Below, piece by piece: positions 27,100 to 40,719 of a DNA stretch of 64,000 bases (its first letter is position 1; the number at the start of each line of letters is the position of its first letter). The notes under the pieces were generated by a model, which made no database searches, was not told the DNA's origin, and saw nothing but the letters and a program-made list of their open reading frames with translations. The DNA comes from Macrostomum hystrix (lineage: Eukaryota > Animalia > Platyhelminthes), in NCBI GenBank assembly GCA_950097015.1, contig CATNEN010000039.1, forward strand, positions 9,052,001 through 9,116,000, written 5' to 3'. Made by a program: the position numbers and the translations under genes.

Positions 27100-27525
27100 A
27101 TTCCTGCTACGATTCCAGATCGGGTTCCTGCTACGATTCCAGATTGGGTTCCTGCAACGATTCCAGATCGGGTTCCTGCTACGATTGCAGATCGGGTTCC
27201 TGCTACGATTGCAGATCGGGTTCCTGCTACGATTGCAGATTGGGTTCCTGCTACGATTCCAGATGGGGTTCCTGCTACGATTCCAGATGAGGTTCCTGCT
27301 ACGATTCCAGATTGGGTTCCTGCTACGATTCCAGATTGGGTTCCTGCTACGATTCCAGATGGGGTTCCTGCTACGATTCCAGATTGGGTTCCTGCTACGA
27401 TTCCAGATTGGGTTCCTGCTACGATTCCAGATCGGGTTCCTGCTACGATTCCAGATGGGGTTCCTGCAGCGATTCCAGATGGGGTTCCTGCTACGATTCC
27501 AGATGAGGTTCCTTGCTACGATTCA
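27100..27525. repeat. Minisatellite, 24-bp unit (gggttcctgctacgattccagatN)
   Basis: Tandem copies. Confidence 0.95.
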
Positions 27526-27946
27526 AGATTGGTATCATCATGCTACGACTCTTTTTAAGAATCTGTACAAATATTCTATAATTACAACTTTTGCATCAGA
27601 CAAAATTCAAAGGCTTAGTTAACGATAGTAGCTGGATCTTAAAGGCTACATGGCTTACAGTAGCGAATATACGTAGCTTTAGCTAAGCGATACGGCCTCT
27701 AAATAATTAAATAATAATTATTTCCAGCTTCGGCACATAGGGGGAAACACATAATGCACTCCAATAGACCTAACAGCTTAACCTGAAGAAAAGTATCAAG
27801 ATCTGGATACCTTTGCCACAGCCGTTACTGTTTAGATCGTGTAGTGTTTTCTGTAGCCAATAATTTAGTAAGTGTGCGGAGGTTATAAAAAATATTTTTA
27901 CTGATCAACAAGCACTCTGTGACTGACAATTTGTTGGAATACCATT

Positions 27947-28436
27947 ATGGGTGAGAACAGAAGTCAATCGCATAGCTTTGGAATGCCTGATCAATCATCT
28001 GCACGTCAGCACGAGGGTCGACCGGCGTCAAATTTGATGTCTCTCGTTCTCGGCTGTGTCTCATCCGGAGATTATTTGACCCAACCGAGGTCTACTTCAG
28101 CTGATCAAGAACTCAAAATAGTGAAATTAATTCAAGATTTGCAATCTGACTGGTTGAAATCTAGTTCCACTGCTGAAGAGAACGACAAGGTCAATAAACT
28201 GAGTTTTTGCTTTCAATTGCAGCCAATTAACGCAGGCAATTAACAGGGTCACAAATTTTACAAAATTTTAATTTTGTAAAACCTTCCAGAATACACGCCT
28301 ATTCAGCTCAAAAATGATCATCGAGTTGGTAGCCCGGCAGCTTGAGCAGCAGTGCACGCCGTACAGCGAATCGGCTCATGATCCGTGTCCTCTAACTACC
28401 TGTGTGGTTATATCTAGCGACAGGAGTGCTTTTTAG
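27947..28436 (+). CDS. Putative two-exon orphan protein, 129 aa
   Basis: Exons 27947-28189 and 28290-28436 join in phase 0 (…EENDK|NTRLFSSKM…SAF*); no recognisable domain. Confidence 0.4.
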
Positions 28437-29388
28437 CTTCACTGTGCTGCAATTTTTTAAATAATTCGTTTTAAACGCAGTTTTTAAAACGCTGTCGATC
28501 AGTCAAAGTGGGTCTAAGCCGAATAGCATAGAGAAAATTGCCTTCTGTAGTCATTCTTAACTGACGGATGACATATTCTATAGTTCAGTTTCATATTAAA
28601 TATGAAATTATTTTGTACTGATTTGACAGAGAAGAAAATATAAATATAAGCAAGAAATATAAGTCAGATCAACGGAAGAGACGAGCCAAATTCATTTTAC
28701 ATTGTTTACAACCGCTGTAAACGGAAATGTCATTGTATTTTCAATAATTTTTTTATCGTCTTCCTATTTCTCGCTGTATTTAATCTGTGTCGGCATTGCT
28801 TTGTTGGTAATCACTATTGTCTGCCTCTTTCCGACCGAGTTTAAATTTGTCCTTATGTGCACTTTATTTTTAGTTTTGAGTTTCAAAAGTGTGCAATTTA
28901 GCTCTGCTAAACAAGATTTTTAAATAATTAACATATGGAAATTTATCCAGGAAAGTAAAACCATTACTAGTGTAATAGAAAAGTAACCAGTTTTTTGTTG
29001 CAAAAATATATAATGCTTATTACAATTGCGGAGTTTATTCCTATTTTTAATGTGAAACAAACAATGCCATTTTCAAGCACGTTTTACAGTCATCAACTCT
29101 GGATTCGCGCCTTGGTGTTGCTTATGTAGATTTAGCAAAATATTATTTCAAATATTTCCGAATAAAATAAGTTAGCGCAGTTCTTAAGCTCATACAAATA
29201 CAAAGGCAGGCATCCCAGACTAACTTCATTCAACTTGGGGACGTACAGGTTAACTGATAAATACATCGAAATTCAGCTGCGACTGCTTCATCATTGTGTC
29301 TGGTACAGCTAATAAGCCAGTACTTAAAACGCATAGTTTGTTACAACACTCAGCCTCGATCTTATTTTCTTAGTTTCATATTCGCCTA

Positions 29389-31140
29389 ATGGCCAACTCT
29401 AGTGACACTTCTCATACGCATCATCCAAATGCGGAACGAAAATTTTCGTAAGTTATACTACTTTTCTTAGTCTACCTTTTAGTTGATGTTGAAATTGTAA
29501 TATACGAGTTTTTATATATTATTAGCTTTTAGTTTTATTCGCGTTTAATTTTTACCTTCTTTATGCATATTTACTTTTACTGTATAATGTACTTATATTT
29601 ACTGTATATATTAGCATATTTACTGTATGCTAAGAGGTATACTTTATGCATTAAAATCTTTCTTTCTTTATTAGTTTTTTTAATAGGCTATCTTATATAT
29701 TTTAACTTGTTATATTAAACCATGAAATGAAAAATATTCACAGCTATTCATTTAATAAAACAATTATTTTAACCACACTTGCAACATATATTTTATGTAA
29801 ATTATGTAAATTATCTGCATTGTTATCTGGTTTAAAATTTCAGGACAAGTGGAGAAAGTTTATATCAAATTCTAGGCCTAGAGAAAGGAGCAACTCCAGA
29901 ACAGGTTAAAAAATCTTATAGAAAGGTAAAGCCTTTAAAATTAAAACTCGAAATATTTTGCCTATCATTGAAACCTAAAAAATCCTGTAAATTTGGCACC
30001 AATTCCAGTTGGCTCTGCAATATCACCCAGACAAAAATCCTGATCCCAGTGCAGCAGAGAAGGTAAGCTTTTTTCGGCCTTATCAATTCATGGATTGTAC
30101 AAAGAACTACTCACCGCCTAAAGTACATAGCGGCGGCTTTGCTCTGTTTAAATTATTTGATATAAACCGATTTTCTGTTTTCAGATCAAAGAGTTAAACC
30201 GAGCCAATCATGTACTTGGCGACGAAAAGCGAAAAGCCATCTACGACAAATACGGCTCCCTTGGCCTGCAGATTGCATCGCAAATTGGCGAGGACAATGT
30301 CACCACCTACTTTATGCTGGACAATGTCTGCTGCAAGGTGAGTAACCTGCCTGATTTCTGATCTTTTATATATGGCGTGGCAAAGTGTGCCTATTTCTCT
30401 TGCTTCAGATTCTTCTCGTCGCCTCTTTCCTGCTCACCTGCTGTTGCTGCTGCTGTTGCTGCTGTTTCTGCTGCGGCAAGTGTCTGCCCAAGGACATGGA
30501 CGATGAAGGAGAATATGCCTACGTGAGTAGAATGATTAGAAATTTAACTACAATTACAAATAAATGTTTATTTTTTTAACAGAAGCAGCATTTCTGCCCT
30601 TTTAAACACGTTGCATTTGTCTGTGTGTTTTATGTTTACTTACTTTACGATACCTTTTCATGGCTAGAACACTTTATTTTTTGGACTACCTCAGCTCAGT
30701 AAGATACTAGATCTATTTTGTATATTCTAGAGGCATGGTGTAGATAGTAAAATCATTCAGGCTTACTTAATGCGCTTCAACCAATCCGAGAGCGCCACTT
30801 CGGACGCACGGCTCATGGCCAATCAGCTGGCGCAGGGGGGGTACACAGAACAGGGGGCGTTTCGTTATTGAAAAAACCCGTCCCTATAAGACAAAGTGGC
30901 TATCACGTGACAACTCTAAGCCAATAGCGGCAGACTATAAGTAACCAATAAATTAATAAGCACGATTCCCAAAGGGCCTTCCTAAATAGTAAATTGTTCT
31001 AATGGCTAAACTTCACTTAATTTCAGCAGCAAGAGGCCTCCGGTGAAAGCCCGGTGACAACGCAGCCGCGCGGCGCCGACGATGTCAACGAGCACACGCA
31101 TCTGAAGTCTGCCGACGAGCAGGCGACTTATAGTCAGTAG
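29389..31140 (+). CDS. DNAJC5: Cysteine string protein (DnaJ homolog subfamily C member 5)
   Basis: Exons 29389-29447, 29844-29925, 30009-30062, 30185-30337, 30409-30522, 31027-31140. [16 protein letters not shown]; J-domain [13 protein letters not shown]; [10 protein letters not shown]; string [18 protein letters not shown]; C-terminal PVTTQP. Confidence 0.95.
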
Positions 31141-31539
31141 AAGAGCGTCAGTGACGTCATTCATTCGCGAATGTTGTGTCGGTTGTGTCTTTAGTATATT
31201 AAGTGCATATTAAATACATTAAGTATATTAAGTCTATAACTACATTATTCGTAAAATCGAATTACTTTTTGCTCTTCAAGTACAAAAGCCCTAAAAGTCA
31301 CTTTTTCATGCCGTGTGTGAATTAAAAAATTATTTACAAACGAAAAGTTTTAAAGAGCCGTTTCAGTTGAATTTTAAATGGCTAATTTCAATTTCCTAAT
31401 AAAGCCCATCTACACCTCTTTGCTAGAGATATGAAAATGTCCATTCACAATTACAGTCTATGGAACTCCTCTAGCATCTAGCTAATTTTGTAATTTTGTT
31501 TACAAAGATCAAACCAATTTGTATGCAGCGCTATATCAT

Positions 31540-31660
31540 GGACACCAATCTCACTCCACTATCGATCTTAGGCACCAACCTCACTCCGCTATCGATCGTA
31601 GGCACTAACCTCACTCCGCTATCGATCGTAGACACCAACTTGACTCCGCTATCGATCGTA
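31540..31660. repeat. 30-bp tandem repeat x4
   Basis: accaacctcactccgctatcgatcgtaggc and variants. Confidence 0.85.
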
Positions 31661-32035
31661 GGCGCAAAATATTTATTTTCAAAAGGACCGTACACATTTT
31701 GATTTCAATCATGTGATTTGGCTAAAGATGATCAAATAGGATTTCAGAAAGTTTCTAAAAAAACAATTCTTTTTTAATAAAATAAACTAATCAAGTTTTT
31801 AAGCTTGTTTTCATGAACATTATTTTGCAGTGTTCTTTCTTAAGTAGCTACCAAGAATATTTTATGTATCAGTAAATAAAAAGCTCGATGTTAACTTTTT
31901 TATAAATAAGAATCATATTTTTGTCGACCAAATCTCATTGGTTCAAGAGCTTTTCATTGTTTTTTTCGCGCATGGTTTTGTCATAGCTTTCTGTTCCTTC
32001 TACATGTCTAACTAGATGTGTCATTATTTTATAAC

Positions 32036-32222
32036 AGCATTGTCTATAAATATGTGGTTTTACAATTTTTGTCTTGTTGTTTTTAGTATTACAAATATAT
32101 ATAAATCTGTATTTTAACAAGCTCATTGTCTATAAATAGCTCGTATGTGGTTTTACAATTTTTGTCTTGTTGTTTTTAGTAATACAAAAATATAAAAATC
32201 CGTATTTTAACAAGCTCATTGT
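32036..32222. repeat. ~87-bp direct duplication
   Basis: cattgtctataaata...tgtggttttacaatttttgtcttg...aacaagctcattg occurs twice. Confidence 0.8.
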
Positions 32223-32869
32223 GCCACTTAATCCTAGTTATTTCGACGCATAGCCGTGACAATTTAAATTAAAAAAATTCTAGCGTGTTTTTTATTTTAT
32301 TTATTACTACCTTAAGGTACATTATACCATGCTTATGTTTTCTGTTGCTTAAGTTTTCTCTTGTTTTCCAATGTGACTACTTACTCACATGTACAAGAAG
32401 CTATTGTCACACATTATATCAATTTTCCTTCTAACTTAGGAGTTGCAGATCTGATTGTTATTGGCAACGAAAAAAACTTTTATATTTCGCCTTTAATTTT
32501 TTAAAAACAAAACTTAAATTTAGATTTTTCCTAGGAACAAGAAACAAGATAATACAAAAAACTTTTCCTGCAAGCTTTGAAACGATAGTACGTGAACTCG
32601 GGCGCAAGTATGAGTTACACAAAGGCGTATTATATTAAAAAACTTCAATCTTTACTTCCATCCAATAGTTCGAGACACATGCGAAATGAAATGAACTCTA
32701 CAAGCAAGCAATGTAACTACAGTGGGAATGTAATACAATTATAAGTACTAATAGTCTGGCCTATTTATTACAAACAAGCTTGGAGAGTTAACAAAACACC
32801 GAGCACAAAAAGTATCGTTCAATTTTTTCAATTTGCCAAATTTTAGTACACCTGTCAATCGTAAATCAT

Positions 32870-35800
32870 TTATTGTCCAACAGGATTTAGCGGGGCAGTA
32901 AGGTTTAGCAGGCCAGCAGTTGATAAAGCCATTGGGTTAGTAATGAATATTGGTACAAATGCTGGTGACTGGGTGAACTGAAGCTGCTGCTGCTGCTGCT
33001 GCGACTGGGGTGTCCACGGTGGCAGGTTCTGAGGTAAATGGAACGGGAATGAATTATTCGCCTGGGACTGACTGAAGGCGGCTGCCGATGGAGTCAGCGG
33101 CGATGGCAGAGACCACCCGAAATGTACGGCGCTTGTGGCTGTTGCAGCCGCCGCCGCCGCCGCTGCAGCTTGAGACCATTGTTGCGTAAAACCGTGTTGA
33201 TACTGCTGCTGCTGCTGCTGAGATATTGCAGGATCGCGAGGGGGCAGTCTGAACAGATTCTGACTAGACTGCTGCTGAGCCTGCCCCCACTGCTGATGCT
33301 GTGCTAGTCGGAAAAGATTGTCAGTTCTAAATTGCTGATGCTGCTGCTGATGCTGATAATGCTGCTCATGCTGTTGTTGCTGCTGCTGATGCTGATAATG
33401 CTGCTCATGCTGTTGTTGCTGCTGCTGCTGATGCTGATAATGCTGCTCATGCTGTTGTTGCTGCTGCTGCTGATGCTGATAATGCTGCTCATGCTGTTGC
33501 TGCTGCTGCTGCTGATGCTGATGCTGCTGCTGCTGATGCTGATGCTGATGCTGCTGATGCTGTAGCTGTAGCTGATGTTGATGCTGTAATAGCAACTGAT
33601 GCTGCTGCTGCTGCTGCTGCTGCAGTTGTTGCTGAATGTATTGTTGACGATGAAACTGAATCTGTGAATCCGCTTGCGAAGGCTGTAACGTCAGCGGCAG
33701 CTTCTGTGGCATCGGCGACGACGGTGGCGTTATGGCTTCCAGGTGCATCTGGAATGCGGTTGGCTCCTCAGTCTTCGGTTTTTCGACTCCATCGCATTGT
33801 GGAGAGCGGAGAACTCTGTTGATCACGCTGTCGATGGTTGCCGCCGGCGCTACGTCAGCTTCTGCGGCCGCTGCAGTCAGACGAGGCCGATAACGCCGAC
33901 GCTTCGCAGTGGACGAAGACGGCGATTCCAAAGGCGTCAGGCCCGCCGCCGGCGACAGATCCGGCGGCGACGGCGATGAAGTTGGCATCGGCAGGGCGCG
34001 GCGTCGCTGCGGCTGCCGCTTCTTCTGCCGCTTCGCCAGCCGGGAGCCGATCCTGCTGGCCGACCAATCCTTGTCGGCGGCCGGTCGTTTCCGTCCTCGA
34101 CTAATCTTGTCAACCTTCGGCGACGACTTCTCTGTTTTGATCACTGAACGGCGCTGCGATGTCGAGCCAGCCGCTCTGGCTGCGGAAGAATTCTTACCGA
34201 CTGTGCGCCGCTTCTGCCGCAGCTGCTTTAGCTTCTGTCGCTCATTTTGCAGCTTGGCTGTTTGACGCTTTCTCGAAACTTTCAAAGAAGAAGACGAAGA
34301 CGAAGCTGGCAACGACTGCGGCGTGGGTGGCCGCGCCAGCGCCGGCGGAGAACGAAGGCTGAAGTAGGCGAAAACTTCTTTCTCGGAGCGCAGCGTCAGT
34401 GGCTGCTGGTGGCCCTTGCGCTTCAGGGCTGCGGAACGAGTGCGTCAAAATCACTGGCTATCGTATCGCGAGGCAAGAAAATAGATGAGGCTCAGAGGGA
34501 CTGGGAGACTGGCACAGAGGGACTGGGAGACTGGCACAGAGGGACTGCGAGACTGGCACAGAGGGACTGGGAGACTGGCACAGAGGGACTGCGAGACTGG
34601 CACAGAGGGACTGGGAGACTGGCACAGAGGGACTGCGAGACTGGCACAGAGGGACTGGGAGACAGGCACAGAGGGACTGCGAGACTGGCACAGAGGGACT
34701 GGGAGACAGGCACAGAGGGACTGGGAGACTGGCACAGAGGGACTGGGAGACAGGCACAGAGGGACTGCGAGACTGGCACAGAGGGACTGGGAGACTGGCA
34801 CAGAGGGACTGCGAGACTGGCACAGAGGGACTGGGAGACTGGCACAGAGGGACTGCGAGACTGGCACAGAGGGACTGGGAGACAGGCACAGAGGGACTGC
34901 GAGACTGGCACAGAGGGACTGGGAGACTGGCACAGAGCCAAGCTGTCTCACCCAGGGCCTCCTGCCTGACGGAATGCCGGTTCACATGGTAGAGCGGATG
35001 CTTTCGCCGGCAGAAGAACAGGCGGGTGCCGCAGGCGCACTGGAACAGCCGATTGTCGCCGATGCACTGCAGCGAGTCCTCGCGACTCCAGCCGAACAGC
35101 TCGCGACCCTGGGCGCAGCGCTGCAGACGGTTGAAACAGCTGACTGGAAGCACGAGAACTCTGGCTTTGCCGCTCTTACGCGGACGCTCTGAGAGGAAAT
35201 GAAATTCGAAACGTGGAAGCATTCGAGTCGTGAAATTAATTTGTCTTTCTGTTCTGTTTCTTGAATTAAAAATCTAACCAAGGTCCTTCAGCTCAATTCC
35301 GCGGCGAGGCCCCCGATTCATTTGGACGCAACGGCGGAGAAAGGGCTTGGGACCTTGTCGCGCAATTTACGCCCTTTAGGGCCAACCACGAAGACACAGT
35401 GAAAGTGTACACTGCCTGATAATCAAAAAGTCAGCTCACGATTCAGCAAAATGGTCATTTGTCAGAATTGTCTCCTCTAGTGACACCAAAATGATGTGTT
35501 ATTGACAACAGCCATACTTTTATTTTTTATCATAGTAAACGTCATTGTAAAATGATTTCTCGAATAATAAAACTTTAGTTTCTTACGCCCAGAGGAGGCC
35601 AAAAAGTCCGGCAGTTCGAGGCCCCGCTCGGTCCAAGCCTCAGGCGAGTGGCGCTGCATACCCGGCCCGATGCAGGCGAAGAAGTCGCTCAGATTCATTG
35701 TCAGCGGCTTCGGATGACGCAACAGTTCATAGTCCACCTTGCATGCGGAACGATTAAAAAATACAATGTATTCAGTCCGATTTTTACCGGGCCTTACTAT

Positions 35801-36495
35801 TAGCACCACTTCAAGATTGGTCGCTAACTATTGGACAAAAGGGCTGGGGTTAGGACGACCGGGTAATTCCAAAGGCTTTTTATACTACTCGTGGGATATG
35901 CCGTCAGTAGGAAACTTAGCGCAGTATAAGACCTTTATTCTGCACTATTGGGAATCTAAAAAAGGCGATAACCTATCAGAATTGAGCATCAGGATAGAGA
36001 TGAAAGCGGAGTGAGATGGGGGTACTCGTGCATAAGGGTGAGATGAGGCAAAAGGCGGAGCGGAGAATGATTAGAAGTGAAATCTTGCTCCTCCAAGTTG
36101 CTCACAGGCGGGGCAAACACGCGGTGAAATCCAAAGCACGCGGTGCCATTCGAGGCGCGACCGTCGGCGCCGCAGGCCGTGACGCGCTTCAGACGCAGGC
36201 CGAAATTGGCCTCGCGTGACGCATAGCTGGTTGGGTAGAAAACGCTAACGCTGGCCATGCGAGACGCCGTGGCGGCGGCTCCGGTTCTACCAGCTGGTTG
36301 TCGGTTGATCGGCACAAACAGTGCGTCTAGTCTGAGCAGGTAGCATCGGCCCTGTCGGCCTAAAGACGACCAGAAATGATCTCCAACAGACACTGTCAGG
36401 CGCTGGCCTCGGGACGAGCGCGAGGATCCGTTGCTGGCGGCGGCAAAATAGATCTCAGAGTCATTGCTGCTCACGGCGTCCTCCAACTGCTCCAT
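32870..36495 (-). CDS. Putative nuclear protein with ARID5B-type BAH-like N-terminal domain, basic region and Q/H-rich low-complexity tail
   Basis: Phase-consistent exons 36495-36106, 35737-35587, 35188-34952, 34428-32870. Motifs VSVGDHFW, CYLLRLDALF, ASVSVFYP, DYELL, VLVLPVSCFNR, RLFFCR are collinear with the remembered ARID5B N-terminus (LSLGDFFF, ICIAELQLLW, SKLYFLP, EDEVI, VIVLSYPQYCR, QILYCR). No ARID domain seen. Confidence 0.7.
34494..34937. repeat. Intronic minisatellite, 22-bp unit (gactggcacagagggactg[g/c]ga)
   Basis: ~20 tandem copies. Confidence 0.95.
35281..35435 (+). mobile_element. 5'-truncated SINE family 1 copy
   Basis: gctcaattccgc...gcaatttacgccc...cacagtgaaagtgtacactgcctga matches other copies. 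Confidence 0.75.
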
Positions 36496-39400
36496 CTGTT
36501 GCTTAGAGATTGCCGTCTAGCTCCAATGGACTTTTCCTCTGTCCATTCAGAGGGGTGGAAAAGTATTTAATGTTGCTACTGTGAAAAATACACATTATTA
36601 CTATTCCGATACTTCCAATACAATTCCAATATCGACATAATTTTGCAATAATTTTTATTATAACCAAATAAACTCATTCCATCACTTGGCGAACACAGCA
36701 GTGAGATTTTGTCTCATAAGAAATCAGCATATTTTCTCATTGAAAACATGTCGCTATGCCCCTAAGCCCCATGCCGCTCACTACATGTAAACCTTGTGCT
36801 AAGGGAAGTCGACGCATGCATTTGTAGAACCCTGTGTGCCTTACGGCCGGCAGAGCGTACCAGGATCGCAAAGCAGGAACTGGGGTGGGTGGGCGGGCTA
36901 GGGTATGCAGATTACTTTTAGCATTCCACGCTTGTGCTTCACTGACTGTTGCAGGATGACCGAGTGTACAGCTAAGCTAGAAAATGCGCTGGTCCATGCG
37001 CAAAGTGAACAGGGGGGAGGTTGGTCAACTTATGCGCAATTCGAATGTACATCTAATTTAGGCGGGTGGGGGAGGAATGGCCGTACATTATCAGCAGGGG
37101 GTTAGGGAGGGGGTGGGTGAGAGGAGTTTCAGGGTGTGAAATGCTCGCGCGTCGCTTTAAGGCAGCCAGCTAAAGCGCATTGAAGGGTTCTCCAAAACTC
37201 TCGCTGACAAGAGTGCGCACAGCCCACCCCACTCCTTCCACGTTCCCCCAGTCTGGCCTCGCTACCGTACCGACCACCTCCGTCGAAAGCAAACGGGGCG
37301 GCCGGGCTCAATTTTCTGCTCTCCATTTTGCTGCTCAATTGCTTAATGCGGTGCAAGCAAGTACCTTGTCAGTGCACATTAGCAGCTTAATCTGCTAGCG
37401 TGCAATGTGAAGCTTCTTTTCAAATTTGAAATTGGGTGCTAATTCAATGCTAAATTATTGCAATGCAAGTAGAAAAGTCATAACATCAATGACAAATCCA
37501 CTGGTTTAATATATACTTCTGGGAGAACAAATTCAAACAAAAAAGGCAGTTTTTTAAGACAATTATTGCAATTTTGCGAAATAAACAGATTGAAAAAGCA
37601 ACATTCACTGTACGCATGATGTATGATGGATTTAGTAAAGAACCTATTTCGATTACCTACTGATTTAGGTAATAGGCCCTGAACATTGCTCGTCACGAAT
37701 ATGAGTATTTTGAATAACACTAAGAGACATTTAGAAATTCTCTATTTTCTTTACACAACCGTTACACAGGTATATAAACATTCCAGGATCAAGATGCAAT
37801 CGTAGTGGTTTTTTAAGTGCTTCGTCTAATTACTTAATAGAGGATATTCAAGAGGAAAACCCCGCTAACAGACCGCACTTGGCAAGCAAGTACACGTGCA
37901 TTCCATGTACATACAACCGCATATGTACAAATAGTGAACTTACCTGGATCTGGTCTGGAAACACGATAATCACAATAACAATGCAAATTGTTTGATGTCT
38001 GTGGTTCGTTATTATATGTTCGATATACCACTTAGCCGCGTAACTTTACTGGGAGTAGCGGTATTTTCAATTCGCACAATAAAGCTTTCGAATCGAATCG
38101 ACTTATAAAATTATTGAGTATGCTAATGCCTGCTTCTTATTCTCTGTAATAAATATATTCTGTCCAAAACGTTGCTAAAAACTTGAACGCAAAGCTTCTT
38201 AAAAATCAAGGAGTTGAGGCGGTGGGCGCGGCGCTGGCCGAGGACGGACAGGCATTTTGGAAGTGGAGGGGAGGGTTGGGGCGCTAATGTACACTCGACC
38301 AAGCGGACAGGCCGGAGGGTGGGGAGGCTCGCCTCAGCTATGTACGCTATCGATGGGGCGGTGGGTGGCATTGCGGGGGACGTCAGAACTGAACGAGAAC
38401 GCGACTGTACGGTGCCAAATAGGCAAAGTGAAAATAAGCTCTGGAGCTGTTTGAAGAGAGGGAATAAAAGAAAGCCTCGCAGGTGCACGACACAGTCAGC
38501 ATTTTCTTTTCTGGGTCAAATAAGCGAGGCGTGACCCTGTAAAGCCCCCTCTAGTGGACAGCTGCTTGACCCATGTGGGTCTAGCTGGGGTCAAGCTGAA
38601 AGCAGTGGAAATATTTAACCGATTTCTAATCAACTTTCGATGATACGTGTTCGAATAAGAGTCTAAAAGCAGGTTGAATATATGTTCTAGACAGTAGAAA
38701 CTAACAACGATTTCTTACCTCCCCCCTTCATCTCAATTCAAGCCAAGTTCTTCAACAGGTGTGAAACTTGGATAATTCTAGAAAATTATTTGTCCTAAAA
38801 ATGGGATACTCTAACAGAAGTTCGAGTTAAGGCGCATAGGGGAGTAAGAGAAGTTAGAGTACATGACAGAAAACTGCACGCAGATAAGCACAGGCACTGA
38901 TGTACAGTGCGCGGAGTCCACACTGACCCCCTCTCATTTACCTGTTTGAATGCATTTGCATACGAAGCGTGTACAGCAGGGCAGAGAAGCAGCAGAATTG
39001 CAATAGCTGTACACAATTCACAAATAAAATACAGAGGGCCGTCATCTTTACAATTTCACACGCCTGAGCACACACGCCTGAGCACAAACGCCTATCTATC
39101 TGGCTTGAGTTGAGAATAATTATTTAGCCAACTGTTCGGAAGTCACAAACTTAACACCCGAGCGAGAAGACAATTGGCAGAATCACTGCAGACGATTCTG
39201 GACTAACAAAATGAGACAAGGCCGATAAAATAGAGTGACCGCTATATTATTTACTATAATACACGCAATGTTTTTGTATTTGCATAACAACTGCATTACG
39301 TAGCCTCATTTGAGTACAAGTACAGTTAAAAAAGCAGAGCATAATCAATAAATATCCACCAAGCAAATAATTAGAAAAATTGAGAAAAAACACACAATTT

Positions 39401-40719
39401 ACACGAACTGAATTAAAAAAAAGAAAACAAAAAACAAGCAGAACATTCTCATAGATGTACCACAAATATGGTAGGGTCTAAACACTGGCGAATTACTTAT
39501 AGGAGTACAGTGCATAATATTAATAATGCTATTCCCTCAGTATAATGTATATGATATACAATGCGTATATATAGCATACTTATAGTGCTAGGCATCGTAG
39601 AACATGACAGCTAAAAAACGGAACAATTCAACGAAATGAGACAAAGAAAACACTAAAAGAAGATAAATGCAGCATCGATCAGGGGAGAGAGTAAAGTACA
39701 TTTCATAATCAAATTACCAATATAATAGATAATTAGTGTGAGGATTACATGGTTGACAAACCAGGTTTAGCTAATGACGCTGTTAAAAAAATGAAGCAAT
39801 GCTATATAACATAATGATGTTACAAGAATATATATTATACATAGCAAATAAATTAGACCAATAAATACACTTTCATACCTTCAGTTTAGAAGACACAAAT
39901 TGTAAATCATTAGCAATGTCTGATATTACTGAGTAAAATAGCTACATTTAATGACAATAACAATCATCAGTTTACACGTGCCGTAGTTAATGAGGCTATA
40001 AATGCAGACACAAGAGAAAATCAATCAATTGATCAATCAATAAAGCGTCGTTAGCGACGTTTCAAATTTCAAATTTCTGTATTGTGAATTAAAGTAGTTA
40101 ATTTATGTTAGTAAGCAAAAAAATGGGATTAAACAAGCATAAAAACCAACAGCTAAACGCTTTTGAAATAAAAATGTTAAGATAGATTAAAATGGGCTCA
40201 CAATAACTCAGCCAATAAACATTGTGGACTTTCACAATAATCAGAAAAATATGAGTTCTGGTAGTGCTATAAAATGTGATATATAGAACAACTTAGCAAA
40301 CAAGCTGTACAAAGCATATAACTATAGTAATATTGTGTGCTAAGCGTTTATCTGTGAGTAAAACTAGCAAAAATGTAGCTTTATAATAGTAATAATAAAA
40401 TAGTGTTTTAAAATTTATATAATTACAATTGATTCTCTAGCAGCAAAAAATAAGATTGCTAAAACAATAACAATAGCGTTATTTTATATAATATAAAGAA
40501 GATAAACTAGAAAAGCAAGCACTCTTGCCAGAGGCCAATTAAAAAGATTAAAAAAGATTTAGTCAATAATCCAATAGAGGCAAATTAAGCAAACAGCAAA
40601 GCAGACGGAATCTGTGCAGGCATTGTCGGGAAGCACCGCCGATGACTTTGTGAGGCCAGAGCTCCCGAGACTTAAGGGATTCAAGCTGTCTTTCAGTTTT
40701 ACCCCAGTGATTCAAGCTG

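Noticed and set aside
33122-34969. Plus-strand poly-Leu/Cys ORFs
   Set aside because: Antisense shadows of polyQ exons and an intronic repeat
36800-38540. G/C-rich blocks with cagggt...accctg ends as a hAT-like element
   Set aside because: No convincing TIR identity, TSD or transposase; probably a decayed repeat but cannot be supported
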